Assembly (NCBI GenBank): GCA_965279515.1
Contig: CBDIID010000003.1
Location: forward strand, 1,088,001 to 1,152,000
DNA length: 64,000 nucleotides
Direction: 5' to 3'
Origin: Turneriella sp.
GTDB taxonomy: Bacteria; Spirochaetota; Leptospiria; Turneriellales; Turneriellaceae
Numbering within the stretch: position 1 is the first letter of the stretch; the number at the start of each line of letters is the position of its first letter. The notes beneath the pieces were generated by a model, which worked only from the letters and a program-made list of their open reading frames with translations, ran no database searches and was not told the DNA's origin. Shown here piece after piece: positions 37,937 to 48,416 of this stretch. Position numbers and translations under genes: made by a program.

Positions 37937-38878
37937 TTAAAATTCACCCACGAACACGACCTCGCGCTCGAGCCGGATACCCGTCGTTTCGAAAACTTTG
38001 GTTTCAATGAGCCGTGCCAGCGCCTGTACGTCGGCAGCCCTGGCGCCGCCGTTGTTCACAATAAAATTGCAATGCTCCGCGGAAATTTCCGCACCGCCCT
38101 CTTTTACGCCGCGCAGGCCCGCCTCGTCGATGAGCTGCCATGCCTTCTTTTCAGAAATATATTTCGCCGGGTTCTTGAAGATACTGCCGGCAGAGCGGCG
38201 GTTCTTCGGCTGCGAAGCGATTCGGCGGTTTTTATAATCGGCGATTCTGGCCTCGATGAGGTTGAGATCGCCTTTCGCGAGCTCCAGTGTCGCGCCCGTG
38301 ACCCAGATCGCCGGATCGCCCTTAAAAAGACTGTTGCGGTACGTGAACGCACAGTCGGCATTTTTCAGTGTCTCGACATTCCCCGAGCGCACGATCTCGA
38401 CTTGCACAACCGAGTCTTTGAGTTCATGGCCGTAACAGCCCGCATTCTGGATGATCGAACCGCCGAAATGCCCGGGTATCGTTGTCAGAAACTCAACGCC
38501 CTCAAAGCCCAGGGCAGATATTCTCTTGCCACTCAAAGGCGCCCGCGCGCTCGCAGGTACAAAGACCGCGAGGCGCTCTTGGGATTCACTGCGTATCTGA
38601 AGTTCTTCGCCGAGCTGCGGGTGAATCACCACACCGCGAAAACCGCCATCGGCAATCAAAAGATTTGAACCGCCGCCGAGAAGCAATACCGGCAAGCCGC
38701 GCTCGCGGATGAAACTTTGTAAACTTGCCATCTGCTCCGCGTGCGCCGGCGTAACAAAGATATCAGCGGGACCACCCAGGCGAAACGTTGTGTATTCATG
38801 CAGCGGGTAATCCGCATGGAAATCTATCTTTTGTGATATGAGAAAAGCCTTGAGCTCATCGTAGCCCATCGGCATCAA
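37937..38878 (-). CDS. murB: UDP-N-acetylenolpyruvoylglucosamine reductase
   Basis: Motifs GGGSNLL, NAGCYG, SAGSIFKNP and HCNFIVN. Confidence 0.95.
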   Translation of the reverse strand: MMPMGYDELKAFLISQKIDFHADYPLHEYTTFRLGGPADIFVTPAHAEQMASLQSFIRERGLPVLLLGGGSNLLIADGGFRGVVIHPQLGEELQIRSESQERLAVFVPASARAPLSGKRISALGFEGVEFLTTIPGHFGGSIIQNAGCYGHELKDSVVQVEIVRSGNVETLKNADCAFTYRNSLFKGDPAIWVTGATLELAKGDLNLIEARIADYKNRRIASQPKNRRSAGSIFKNPAKYISEKKAWQLIDEAGLRGVKEGGAEISAEHCNFIVNNGGARAADVQALARLIETKVFETTGIRLEREVVFVGEF

Positions 38879-40524
38879 CCGATGATGGAGCGTGACTTCT
38901 TGAAAAGTAAAACTTCTTCTTTGCGCCGCGTAGTATCCCAGCGCAAAAGATCGCCCATCGCGCCCGCGACCGAGGTCAGCGCCGAATCAGAAATAAAGCC
39001 CATGTTGCCCAGGCCACAGCGGCGCTTCAGGAAATCCGTCAGCGTCAACGCCATCTCTTGCTCCACCGCATAATAGATTTCGGCATAGATGAACTGGTAT
39101 TCATTTTCGATCGGGCGCAACAGCGACTTGTCCTTGATGACATAGTCAAGCACGCGTTCATAGAGCGCGCCATAGATCTCAATCAGGTGATCGATCAGCT
39201 GCGGCGAATAGACATGATCCCAGCGCACGTGCGCGTCCGCGATGAAGGTCGCCAGGCGAGGGCCCACCGCACCGCCCACGACCGGTGTCTTATGCGACAC
39301 AGAACGGCGGCGCGGGAAACCGAATTTCTTTTCGATCAGGTCGACCGTTTCTTCGGCGAGCGCGCGCGATGTCGTCCACTTGCCGCCGAACACCGACACA
39401 AGACCGTCGATGTTCTCTTCTTTCGCATGGTAAATGATTTCGTGCTTGCGCGAGGCCTTATACGTGCTGGTCACCGAACTTTCTGCCACCAGCGGCCGCA
39501 GACCCGCATACGTGTTCACGACGTCGGCAAGCGTCTTCTTCTGGGGAAAATATTCGTTATAGACGTCGATAAATTTCTGCGCGTCATCCTGCGTGACCGT
39601 CAGATCGTCGGGGCTGCCCTTGAACTCGGTGTCGGTTGTGCCGAGCAGCGAATAGTTACGCCACGGAATCAGGAAGATATGCTCTTTGCTACGCGTCTCG
39701 ATGCCGATAGTCGTGTTCTTGTGGAAGCGCGGGAAAAGCAGGTGGATGCCCTTACTGCGCGTGAGCTTGCGGATGGGATTCTGGTGCAGCTTCGAGAGCA
39801 CAATATCGCCCCACGGCCCGGATGCATTGACCGTCACCTTCGCACGGATCGGAAAATCTTTGCCACCGATCATGTCATGCGCAATGACGCCGACCGCCCT
39901 TTTACCCGCAGAAGTCTCTTCGAGAATAAAATCGGAACACGCGACGTAGTTCGCCACGATTGCACCCCGCGAAGCCGCCGAAAGTATATACTCGAGGTTC
40001 GAGCGGTTCGGGTGCCGGTTGAGCGCGTCATAATAATGGTACGCACCCCTGAGGCCATTCGGGTTCAGACCCGGTTCGATCTGCAGCGCCTTCTCTTTCG
40101 TCAGCCAGCGTTTGCGGTCGAGGTGCTTATCAGGATCTTCGATGTAATTTCGGTCCCAGGCCAGCATGTCATAGACCGTCAACCCCATGCCGATCATCCA
40201 GCGCGGGGTCGGCGTATAATCATAGAACGGGATCATGAACGGCAGCGGAAAAACCTGGTGCGGCATGTTGATCTCGAGGTATCGCCGCTCGCGCAATGAC
40301 TCACGCACCACGGGGATATCCCCCTGGGCCAAATAGCGCAGGCCGCCGTGTATCAGCTTCGAGGTCGCGGCGCTTGTTGCGTGGCCAAAATCTTTGCGTT
40401 CGATGAGCGCGACCGACAGGCCACGCAAAACAGCATCCCATGCGATTGAGGCGCCTGAAACGCCTCCGCCGATCACCAGAAGATCAAAGATCTGGTTTTG
40501 AAATCTCTGTAAATCGCGTTTCAT
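38875..40524 (-). CDS. glpD: FAD-dependent glycerol-3-phosphate dehydrogenase
   Basis: Motifs IGGGVSG, TSKLIHGGLRYL, YAGLRPL and GGKWTT; start MKRDLQ at 40524. Confidence 0.9.
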   Translation of the reverse strand: MKRDLQRFQNQIFDLLVIGGGVSGASIAWDAVLRGLSVALIERKDFGHATSAATSKLIHGGLRYLAQGDIPVVRESLRERRYLEINMPHQVFPLPFMIPFYDYTPTPRWMIGMGLTVYDMLAWDRNYIEDPDKHLDRKRWLTKEKALQIEPGLNPNGLRGAYHYYDALNRHPNRSNLEYILSAASRGAIVANYVACSDFILEETSAGKRAVGVIAHDMIGGKDFPIRAKVTVNASGPWGDIVLSKLHQNPIRKLTRSKGIHLLFPRFHKNTTIGIETRSKEHIFLIPWRNYSLLGTTDTEFKGSPDDLTVTQDDAQKFIDVYNEYFPQKKTLADVVNTYAGLRPLVAESSVTSTYKASRKHEIIYHAKEENIDGLVSVFGGKWTTSRALAEETVDLIEKKFGFPRRRSVSHKTPVVGGAVGPRLATFIADAHVRWDHVYSPQLIDHLIEIYGALYERVLDYVIKDKSLLRPIENEYQFIYAEIYYAVEQEMALTLTDFLKRRCGLGNMGFISDSALTSVAGAMGDLLRWDTTRRKEEVLLFKKSRSIIG

Positions 40525-40536
40525 GCGTTTATTACT

Positions 40537-40620
40537 TGGTCGTCGAGTGACCCGGGTCTCGATACGTTGCCTGCGGCAACACACCGGCGACAGAGACTCG
40601 CTAAAGCCTCGTCGCGACCA
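40537..40620. repeat. Nested intergenic palindrome between glpD and gltX
   Basis: Arms tggtcg/cgacca, cgag/ctcg and cgggtctc/gagactcg; inner gttgcc-tgc-ggcaac; gctaaagc mini-hairpin. Confidence 0.6.
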
Positions 40621-40751
40621 CCGGGCCGTATCTAGACGCAACCCCACAGAAAAAATGAACGAGACATGTCGTAAACTAATTGTGTTTTTCGTACATGCGT
40701 TGACCGGCTGTCTTCGAATACCGGATTTGACCGCTGCCAAACCGGCATACC

Positions 40752-42338
40752 ATGAAAGAAGTACGCACACGCTTTGCCCCATCCCCCACCGGGTATCTCC
40801 ACGTCGGCGGTGCGCGTACCGCACTGTTTAACTATCTTTATGCCCGTGCGCAGAAGGGCAAGTTCATTCTACGCATCGAAGACACCGACCAGGCGCGCTC
40901 GACCGAAGAAAGCTATAAACAGGTTCTGGATTCGCTGAAATGGCTCGGTTATGAGTGGGACGAAGGCCCTGAGGTCGGTGGCCCGCATGGTCCTTACAAA
41001 CAATCCGAACGGCTCGACACCTATAAAGAATACGGGCAAAAGCTGATCGCCGAAAAGAAGGCTTACCCCTGCTTCTGCACCGCGGATGAACTCGAGCGGA
41101 AAAAAAAGCAGCGCGAGGCGATGGGCCTCCCCTATGTCTATGACGGCAAATGCCGCAGCCTGACAGACGCCGAAGTGGCTGAAAAGAAGGCCGCGGGCCT
41201 GGGTTTCACAATGCGTTTTCGTACACCCGCCCGCGAGGTGGTTGTCGAAGATATGGTACAAGGAACCGTGCGTTTTGACACGGCGCTGATCGGCGATTTT
41301 ATCATCGTCAAATCCGATGGTTATGCGTCCTATAACTACGCCGTTGTCGTCGACGACCATATGATGGACATCACGCATGTCATCCGCGGCGTCGGCCACC
41401 TTTCGAATACGCCGCGCCAGATCATGATCTACCAGGCCTTCGGCTGGGAAGAGCCCAAGTGGGCGCATGTCAGTGAAATCGTCGGTTCTGACCATAAGAA
41501 ACTTTCGAAGCGCCATGGCGCGACGCCGATCACCGCATTCCGCGACCTGGGTTATACCGCGCGCGCTTTCAATAACTACATGGCCCTGCTGGGCTGGTCA
41601 TCTCCCGATGGCCGCGAATATATGCCCATCGAAGAACAAAAAACCCTCTTTGATGTGGCGCGTTGCTCAAAATCGCCGGCGATGTTCGACGTCTTTGATC
41701 TCGCCAAAGCCGCCGAGGTGGATTTAGCGCAGGCAACAATTTCAGAACTCGAAACATTTCTTTTTCCGAAATCGAAACTCAACTGGCTTTCGAACCAGCA
41801 TATCCGCGCCACGGGCGAAGATGAATTCATCCGCGAAATTCTGCCGTTTGTGCGCAGCGCAAAAGTAGTGCCCGATGCCGAGTGCAACGAAAAAAACGAA
41901 CGTTTGCGGGAAATCTTACTCTCGCTGCGCGTATACTTAGATACCTTGGGACAGATTAAGAACTACCTCGCTGACTTCTACCTGCCGTTTACCCCCAACC
42001 CTGCCGATTATGTCGCATCCGAATATTTTACCCCGGAAAATTTTTCGTCGCTGGCAGGGGGGTTCTTACGTCTAATAGAGCAGATGGACGGCGGTAACGG
42101 AGGCGACACATTAGTACCCGACAAAATCAAGGAAGCTATCAATCAGGTGGGCAAGGAAGCCGGCGTGAAAGGCAAGCCGCTATTTATGGGCTTGAGGCTG
42201 GCTTCGACAGGGCGACTCGAGGGTTTGGAATTACCGATTTATCTGGCATTATTGGGCAAGCGCCGCGTGACGGAAAGGCTTGCGAAAATGATTTCGCTGA
42301 AGGGCACGGTGGCAGGGATGGCGGGACGTCAACCGTGA
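40752..42338 (+). CDS. gltX: Glutamate--tRNA ligase
   Basis: Motifs RFAPSPTGYLHVGG, RIEDTD and KLSKRHG. Confidence 0.96.
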   Translation: MKEVRTRFAPSPTGYLHVGGARTALFNYLYARAQKGKFILRIEDTDQARSTEESYKQVLDSLKWLGYEWDEGPEVGGPHGPYKQSERLDTYKEYGQKLIAEKKAYPCFCTADELERKKKQREAMGLPYVYDGKCRSLTDAEVAEKKAAGLGFTMRFRTPAREVVVEDMVQGTVRFDTALIGDFIIVKSDGYASYNYAVVVDDHMMDITHVIRGVGHLSNTPRQIMIYQAFGWEEPKWAHVSEIVGSDHKKLSKRHGATPITAFRDLGYTARAFNNYMALLGWSSPDGREYMPIEEQKTLFDVARCSKSPAMFDVFDLAKAAEVDLAQATISELETFLFPKSKLNWLSNQHIRATGEDEFIREILPFVRSAKVVPDAECNEKNERLREILLSLRVYLDTLGQIKNYLADFYLPFTPNPADYVASEYFTPENFSSLAGGFLRLIEQMDGGNGGDTLVPDKIKEAINQVGKEAGVKGKPLFMGLRLASTGRLEGLELPIYLALLGKRRVTERLAKMISLKGTVAGMAGRQP

Positions 42339-42961
42339 AGGTAAAAGTGACGCTTGCCCAGTTTGACACCAATTCTCCGGCGGGTAAGATGGAGATCCTG
42401 TTCTGCAACTGGCCGGGAAAACAACGCTTTGAAAAAGGTGTGTGCTTTATTCCTGCAGACCTCTCGGCAGTCGCGCATGTGCGCGGTTATATTGAATCGG
42501 TGGCGCACACATTTGGCCTCTCCGAGCAGAGCGTCTTCGAGCTGACACTGGTCGCCGACGAACTTGTGGCAAACGCAATTCTCGCGAGTTATGCGAAGAA
42601 CGGCGCTGAAAACATTGTACTCAAATGGACGATGCGCGATAATATCTTTACGCTGAGCGTACTCGATTATGGCGGCGGTTTCCGTATTTCCGAAGTTTTC
42701 GCGGAAATCCCCCGCGGTAATGATCTCGCGAGTTTCCTGCGAAGCCTCAAGGAATACCGCGAAGCGCGCAAAGCGGTCATTCCCTTAAACGGTGCGCTGA
42801 TCGAACACCTGCGTTTCGGCCGGGGACTCAGAATCATCTCTAACCTCGTGCGTAAACTCGATATCGAGTTCCACGACGCCGACGGCTCAACGATGACGGC
42901 TCCCAACGATACGACCGTGGGCTCGATTGTTACCGTCGAATACGTCGCCGAAGCCGCCTAA
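42335..42961 (+). CDS. RsbW-like anti-sigma factor/Ser kinase (HATPase_c)
   Basis: Motifs DELVANAI, DYGGGF and GRGLRII. Confidence 0.82.
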   Translation: MKVKVTLAQFDTNSPAGKMEILFCNWPGKQRFEKGVCFIPADLSAVAHVRGYIESVAHTFGLSEQSVFELTLVADELVANAILASYAKNGAENIVLKWTMRDNIFTLSVLDYGGGFRISEVFAEIPRGNDLASFLRSLKEYREARKAVIPLNGALIEHLRFGRGLRIISNLVRKLDIEFHDADGSTMTAPNDTTVGSIVTVEYVAEAA

Positions 42962-43020
42962 CCCAACGAATTCGGTTTCCGGGGCGTTTAACGAAACTGC
43001 CCTGACGGTGAATTATCCCC

Positions 43021-43683
43021 ATGGCGCTTCCCGATGCAGTTCAGACGAAGCTAAAGACTATCCTGGCTAAAAAATCGCAACGCGGGGGTGAATTCTGCCT
43101 GCCTTTCGATGCTGCCGCGCTCCCCTTCCGTATCCGCGAAACCTTTCCCGGCTATGAAAAATATGCCCTCGAGATCGGCTGCGGCTGGGGTGAGTTCACA
43201 CGCGCCTCGGCTGCGGCTGCACCCAAGACCCTGATTGTCGCTGTCGAAAAAAAACTCGCGCGGGTCCTGAGTTCCGGTAGAACGCAGAAGCGGGAAAATA
43301 TCCCCAACATCCGTTATGTGATTCTCGACGTTGCCTGGTTTTTCGACGGTGTTTTCGCGCCTGAAAGTTTCGACAGCATCACGATCAATTTTCCCGACCC
43401 GTGGCCCAAGGTGAGGCACCACAAGCACCGTTTTATTTCACCGGATTTTGCCGCAACGCTCTCTGCAATTGCACGGCGCGGTTGCCGGCTGATGTTTGCC
43501 ACTGATAATTATCTCTACACGCGGGAAGCCGCGGCAACTTTTGAGCAGAGCGCGGCGTGGATAAATACCGAGGGCGCATATCTCGCGCGCAGCTTTGTGG
43601 CAAACCGCCCCGTAAGTTTTTTTGAGGAGATTCACCGGCGCGAAGGTGCGCCTATTTATTTTCTCGAATACGCGAAGATGTAA
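43021..43683 (+). CDS. trmB: tRNA (guanine-N7)-methyltransferase
   Basis: Motifs LEIGCGWG, NFPDPWPKVRHHKHR and ATD. Confidence 0.92.
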   Translation: MALPDAVQTKLKTILAKKSQRGGEFCLPFDAAALPFRIRETFPGYEKYALEIGCGWGEFTRASAAAAPKTLIVAVEKKLARVLSSGRTQKRENIPNIRYVILDVAWFFDGVFAPESFDSITINFPDPWPKVRHHKHRFISPDFAATLSAIARRGCRLMFATDNYLYTREAAATFEQSAAWINTEGAYLARSFVANRPVSFFEEIHRREGAPIYFLEYAKM

Positions 43684-45337
43684 ATTTTTCCCAGGCATAG
43701 GGCCAGAGCGCCGCAAACATCAGCAGGTAGAAAACGACCATACCAAACCGGGAAAAAAGTGTCTTGCGTTTTGTGAGCGGTATTTCGGCGGCAAAGATCT
43801 CGGCCCGCTCCTGCCCCGTCGGTCGGCCGATGGCATCACCGCGGTAATCCACGGCATAACTCACGCCGCTCATCGCGCCGCGCAGCATCGGAATGCCGTT
43901 TTCGACAGCGCGCATGGCAGCCGCACCTGCATGCTGGTAACCTTCGACACCGTCGCCGAACCAGGCGTCGCTCGACAAATTCACAATGATATCGGCATCG
44001 CGCGTGCGTGCATCCGTGGGGAAAAGTGCTTCATAACATAAGAGGGGCTTGACCGTCAGAACACGGCTGCGCTCGGGCAGCGGGTAACGCCGCCGGATTT
44101 CTGCGGGGTCGGCGAGTATTGCAAGGTCGGCAGCCAGGCGCTCCCTCGCCGGCAGGCGTCCCGGCGCCTGGGCCAGACGGACAGTAAATTCGTTACCTTC
44201 AACGCCGGATGAAAACCTGCCCGCATCCGGAAAAATCTTCCGCAGCGCCGGAATAGCGGTTTCGAGCGGCAAATATTCACCCCAGGGCACAAGGCGCCGT
44301 TTCAAATACGGCGCTTCTGCCTGCGGCCTCACCGCCATCTCGGAATACAGTTTTCCATTCTGATAACGCATGCCCTGGAACAGCAATGCGGTACCAGTCG
44401 TACGCGACAGATATTCCAACACGCCGTCGAAACTGGCAGAATAAATCGGCGTGTTCGCCGCCGTTTTTTCAGCCGCATGAAAAGGCATCGAAGCTTCGGG
44501 CCAGAGAATAATTTCACTCTGCGGGTGCATGACCAAACCTTCGACGGATTGATTGAACAGGCGGTTGATGGCGTCGGTGGCAAAAGCCGCGTCGCTGCGC
44601 CTGGCTTCGGGCGCCGCGCCGATATTTGTTTGCACGACGAGCGCGTGCAGCCGCGCACCGCTATCCGCTACGGGCAAATAGCGCATCACAACGCCGGCAG
44701 AGAAAAGAATCAGCAGGATGGCCAGCTCCGGAAAAAGCTCTTTGGCACAGAGAGAGAATCGCTGCGCTTTCAGCAGAACCAGGCAACGAAACAGAATCCA
44801 TCCGCCGAAACAGGCGATGAAACTGATGCCGTAAACAGAACACAGCGCCGCCCATTGCCGCAGGTGGGGCTCGCCCGAGAGGGTATTTCCCCAGGCCCAG
44901 ACAAAGAGCTCCGGATTGAGCGCGTCGATGACTGCAAGCACGGCCGCGAGCGCCAGCCCTGCCCTGACGCCGCGCCATTCGCCGCGAAACATGACACGGC
45001 GCATGATAAAGAAAAACACCGGCTTGGTCTGAAAAAGCACGGCGTAAAAAAATGTCAGCAGTAATGTCAGGGCAATATTTTCGCCGGTGTAACGGTGGAT
45101 CGTGCCGATAATCCAGCCGAAAGTAATGGTTGCCAAAGCCAGGGCGAAGACGAGGCCCGAAAAAAGAATTTTCCGCAGAGGGACATCCGCCTGCTCATGC
45201 GCCGCCAGCAGGATAAAAAACACGCCGGCAAAGGCCAGCGGCCAGATGTCAAACGGCGACAGGCCCAGGAAAACGCTGAGCGCATGCAGTGCGGCGAATG
45301 CCGACTGCCGCACATAAAAATTGTGGATCAGCGCCAA
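43652..45337 (-). CDS. lnt: Apolipoprotein N-acyltransferase
   Basis: Motifs WPEA, KRRLVPWGEY, LCYE, DAWFG and RAVE. Confidence 0.9.
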   Translation of the reverse strand: MALIHNFYVRQSAFAALHALSVFLGLSPFDIWPLAFAGVFFILLAAHEQADVPLRKILFSGLVFALALATITFGWIIGTIHRYTGENIALTLLLTFFYAVLFQTKPVFFFIMRRVMFRGEWRGVRAGLALAAVLAVIDALNPELFVWAWGNTLSGEPHLRQWAALCSVYGISFIACFGGWILFRCLVLLKAQRFSLCAKELFPELAILLILFSAGVVMRYLPVADSGARLHALVVQTNIGAAPEARRSDAAFATDAINRLFNQSVEGLVMHPQSEIILWPEASMPFHAAEKTAANTPIYSASFDGVLEYLSRTTGTALLFQGMRYQNGKLYSEMAVRPQAEAPYLKRRLVPWGEYLPLETAIPALRKIFPDAGRFSSGVEGNEFTVRLAQAPGRLPARERLAADLAILADPAEIRRRYPLPERSRVLTVKPLLCYEALFPTDARTRDADIIVNLSSDAWFGDGVEGYQHAGAAAMRAVENGIPMLRGAMSGVSYAVDYRGDAIGRPTGQERAEIFAAEIPLTKRKTLFSRFGMVVFYLLMFAALWPYAWEKFTSSRIRENK

Positions 45338-45343
45338 GCCGGT

Positions 45344-46366
45344 CTATTTGAGATGGTTCTGCCGCAGGTATTCTTCGTATTGCATGCGCCGTTCATAAGC
45401 CTCGGCCTCTTCTTTGCCGAGCATATTTACCCTCAGGTCCGCGAGTTTCTTTTTCTTGTCCGCTTCTGACAGCGAGGGATTTTCCGCAGCAAGCTTCTGC
45501 GCCGCGGTCTCGTAGCTGTCTACGCGGGCGCGCTCCTGCTGAATTTCCTTATCGACCTGGGCCATACGTTTCGCCGCTTCGGCGCCGAAAAATTTCTCGC
45601 GCATCGTCTGTGTCTCAACGGCGGCATTGCCTTTGCGGGCCATCTCGTCGCTGCGCAGCAAAACCTCGGTTTCATAGCGCGTATATGCGGGCTCCTGTTC
45701 GTTGAAGGCCGTATTATAGTCCCCTAAGGTTTTTTGGCGTATTTCATAATATTTCTTTACCCGCTCATCTGCCGGCAGCGCCGCCGAGGTTTTATAGAAT
45801 TCACTCAGCGCATCCTGCGATGCAGTACGCGCCTCTTCATAACCAAAGATGAGCTGCGCATCGGCGTCTGAGAAGAATTCACGGCGTTTTTTCTTCATGA
45901 ACTCAAGCCGTTCGGCCAGCGGCATCTTGTCAGAAACCTGCAGGCGGCGCATGGCATCTTCGTAGCGCATATAGTTGCGGAATAGCGCTATCATTTTCTC
46001 GTTATCAGGCTTGGGGTATTGCTCGCGGAGGAAATTCTCGATACGGATATTACATTCGTCAAAATTCATATTCTCTCCGCACCGCGTGCGCAGCTTCCAC
46101 AGCTCGGCGACGAGCGAAAGCCGGCCGGTACGCGCCATCTCCATGAGCTGGCTGAAAGAGTACATGCCCTCTTCAGTGAAGAGTTTCTTATTCTGGTCTA
46201 TGAACTCGCGGTATTCGCCCGATTGGGGGTTGGAAGCCTGCGCGGCGCGCTTCGCCTGATCCCTGAGTATTTTTGCTTTTTTGTCTTCTTCGCTGTCCGG
46301 CCAGAAGATCCAGAGCAAGACCAGTAACAGTACCGGGAGAATATATATAAGCTTGCGCTTGTCCAT
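45344..46366 (-). CDS. Lipase chaperone (foldase)-like protein
   Basis: N-terminal TM anchor, then helical repeats RREFFSDADAQLIFGYEE and REKFFGAEAAKRMAQVD. Confidence 0.75.
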   Translation of the reverse strand: MDKRKLIYILPVLLLVLLWIFWPDSEEDKKAKILRDQAKRAAQASNPQSGEYREFIDQNKKLFTEEGMYSFSQLMEMARTGRLSLVAELWKLRTRCGENMNFDECNIRIENFLREQYPKPDNEKMIALFRNYMRYEDAMRRLQVSDKMPLAERLEFMKKKRREFFSDADAQLIFGYEEARTASQDALSEFYKTSAALPADERVKKYYEIRQKTLGDYNTAFNEQEPAYTRYETEVLLRSDEMARKGNAAVETQTMREKFFGAEAAKRMAQVDKEIQQERARVDSYETAAQKLAAENPSLSEADKKKKLADLRVNMLGKEEAEAYERRMQYEEYLRQNHLK

Positions 46367-46422
46367 GCGTGGAAGTGCGATTCCACACGGCCACGTCAAC
46401 CTATTAGGGTTCCCGTACGACG

Positions 46423-48354
46423 TCAGGAAGTCATCAAAGATTCGAGTTTTTTAACGGCGCGGTTATCCGGATCAAATGCCTGCGCCTTTTTGAGCAGCTC
46501 TTCGGCTTTTTCGCGCTTCTCGAGGCGACGGTAAATATCTGACAGATTGACAATGCCGTGGAAACTCATCGGCTCGCGCAGAATCAGCCGTTCGCCATAG
46601 TCTGCCGCACGCTTGAGCAGGCTCTTGTCCCCGCCGGCGCAGTATTTCAGCGCCCGCGATGTCAGGTAAATCATGCCGAGATCAGAAGGATCATAGATAC
46701 AATATTCTTCGCCGAGCGCCGCCGCACGGGCAAAATTCTTCAGCCGCGAATTGAGCAGCGCAAGCTCGTAGACTACCTTGGGGTCGTGCGGATCCTCTTC
46801 GTAGAGGCGGTCGAGCTCCTGGATTGCACCCTGGTAATCCTTATTCGCGGCATGTTTGCGGATAATCGAAAGGTCCGCGCGGCTGACGGGCTCATGCCCC
46901 GTGCCGTCGTACGAGATGCGCACGAGGGAAAGATCATCGGTGATGTCGCCCTTGAGCATCAGCTCTTCGCGGAAACGCTCCAGGTCACCCCCGACCTTTG
47001 CGATGATGCGCAGGAACATCGTCTCATCGCTGTTGATCATCGAATTGCCCATATCATCGCGACCCAGTGAAATATCGTCGCGACCGTCCGAACCCGCGAA
47101 GATCTGATCGCCCTTGAGCAGGCGGAACGTTTTGACGCGGAATAGTTCTTCGTTTTCAGGCATGCCCAGCTTGCGCAGCGTCAGTTCATCTTCGATGAAT
47201 GTGGCTTCGCCTTTACGCAGCAGCACAATCCACGGGTGCTCTGCGTTGATATAGTAGAGGTAACCGCTGTCTTCGTCGATCAGGCCGATGACGGCAGACA
47301 CCAGCATGCGCCCGTCGAACGAGGTCATGACGTGGTGGAGTTCGTCGTAACAGTCGCGTAGCCACTGCTCGGGAAACATAAAACGGCTCATCTCGTCGTT
47401 CTGCGTCCGGTGCAGGAATGACTTAAAGACTGTACCCAAAACCAGTGCGCCGCCGGCGCCCTGGATAGACTTACCCATCGCATCGCCGTTCATGAAGGCC
47501 ACATAGCGCTTGGTACGCAGTATGACTGTATTCGACGAGCTGATATCGCCGCCGATTTCAGATTGCCACTGCTTGAACTGGAACTTCTTTTTCTGTTCGG
47601 TCAGAAATTCGACGCGGATGCGCGACGGCTCGGCTTCGTTCATCGCCAGGGGATGCAAGAGCTGTGATGTCAGGAAATAATCCCCGTCCTGCTGGGTCTT
47701 GAGTTCGTTGATGCGTTTGATCTGCGCCTCGATCTCGATGTTCTTGAGTTCGATCTTTTTTGTTTTCATGAAAGAATCAAAACGCACACGATCGAGCATG
47801 AACGCAACAGCGATCGTAATAACATAAGATAAGAGCAGGTTATTCATCGAATACGCTGTTGCCGGTGTCGTCAGATTAGGTTTATAGACCAGGACTGCTG
47901 TCAGGAAAATCGCGGCAGAAATAATCTGCGCTCCAAGAAACTGGCGAAAAGCCAATGGCGCTGCAATCGGAAGCATGACCACGATCTGCAACCCCGAAAC
48001 GTAGTTCGGATCATCCGCGATGCGACCTGTAAACCAGGATGTGGCAAAGAGAACGTATCCGAGCTCGAGCTTGAGCGCAAACGCTCCCTGCCGGTACACG
48101 GCCGGAATAAACAACGCTAAAAATATTACCAGGGCAATGGCGCTTAGCCCGAGGCGAAAATACAAGAGTTCAGGAAATTCCGGATGCAGTTTTTTATCGG
48201 TATTGAATGCGAAATCCAGCCACGCGACGCCGCAAAGCACTGTCGCAATGCGCGTAAAACGCTGGAGTTGCCGGTCCATATCGGCGGTAAATTCCGCACG
48301 ATAGATCGCTCTGTCCGGATTCCTGCGAAAGAAATTCCGAAACCTATTCCACAT
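46423..48354 (-). CDS. Membrane PP2C/SpoIIE (RsbU-like) phosphatase with C-terminal TPR
   Basis: Motifs EIGGD, GDAMGKS, NAEHP, SDG and DDLSL; several TM segments. Confidence 0.88.
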   Translation of the reverse strand: MWNRFRNFFRRNPDRAIYRAEFTADMDRQLQRFTRIATVLCGVAWLDFAFNTDKKLHPEFPELLYFRLGLSAIALVIFLALFIPAVYRQGAFALKLELGYVLFATSWFTGRIADDPNYVSGLQIVVMLPIAAPLAFRQFLGAQIISAAIFLTAVLVYKPNLTTPATAYSMNNLLLSYVITIAVAFMLDRVRFDSFMKTKKIELKNIEIEAQIKRINELKTQQDGDYFLTSQLLHPLAMNEAEPSRIRVEFLTEQKKKFQFKQWQSEIGGDISSSNTVILRTKRYVAFMNGDAMGKSIQGAGGALVLGTVFKSFLHRTQNDEMSRFMFPEQWLRDCYDELHHVMTSFDGRMLVSAVIGLIDEDSGYLYYINAEHPWIVLLRKGEATFIEDELTLRKLGMPENEELFRVKTFRLLKGDQIFAGSDGRDDISLGRDDMGNSMINSDETMFLRIIAKVGGDLERFREELMLKGDITDDLSLVRISYDGTGHEPVSRADLSIIRKHAANKDYQGAIQELDRLYEEDPHDPKVVYELALLNSRLKNFARAAALGEEYCIYDPSDLGMIYLTSRALKYCAGGDKSLLKRAADYGERLILREPMSFHGIVNLSDIYRRLEKREKAEELLKKAQAFDPDNRAVKKLESLMTS

Positions 48355-48416
48355 GGGGACTTATTACCTTTGCCTTTTGTTGAGTCAACGCTATCCCGAA
48401 AAAACTGACATCTTTG

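Noticed and set aside
40525..40824. N-terminal extensions in the ORF track for glpD (similarly PAP2, lpxB, desaturase, EAL protein)
   Set aside because: They overlap neighbouring genes; downstream starts give normal family N-termini.
42961..43020. Hairpin with cgaaac/ctgacg upstream of trmB, considered as a hammerhead ribozyme or riboswitch
   Set aside because: The CUGANGA core and stem III cleavage triplet are absent.
44134..44172. Two GGGA-loop mini-hairpins within lnt
   Set aside because: Short stems in GC-rich coding DNA, and the layout does not match the 53-nt family; could be chance.
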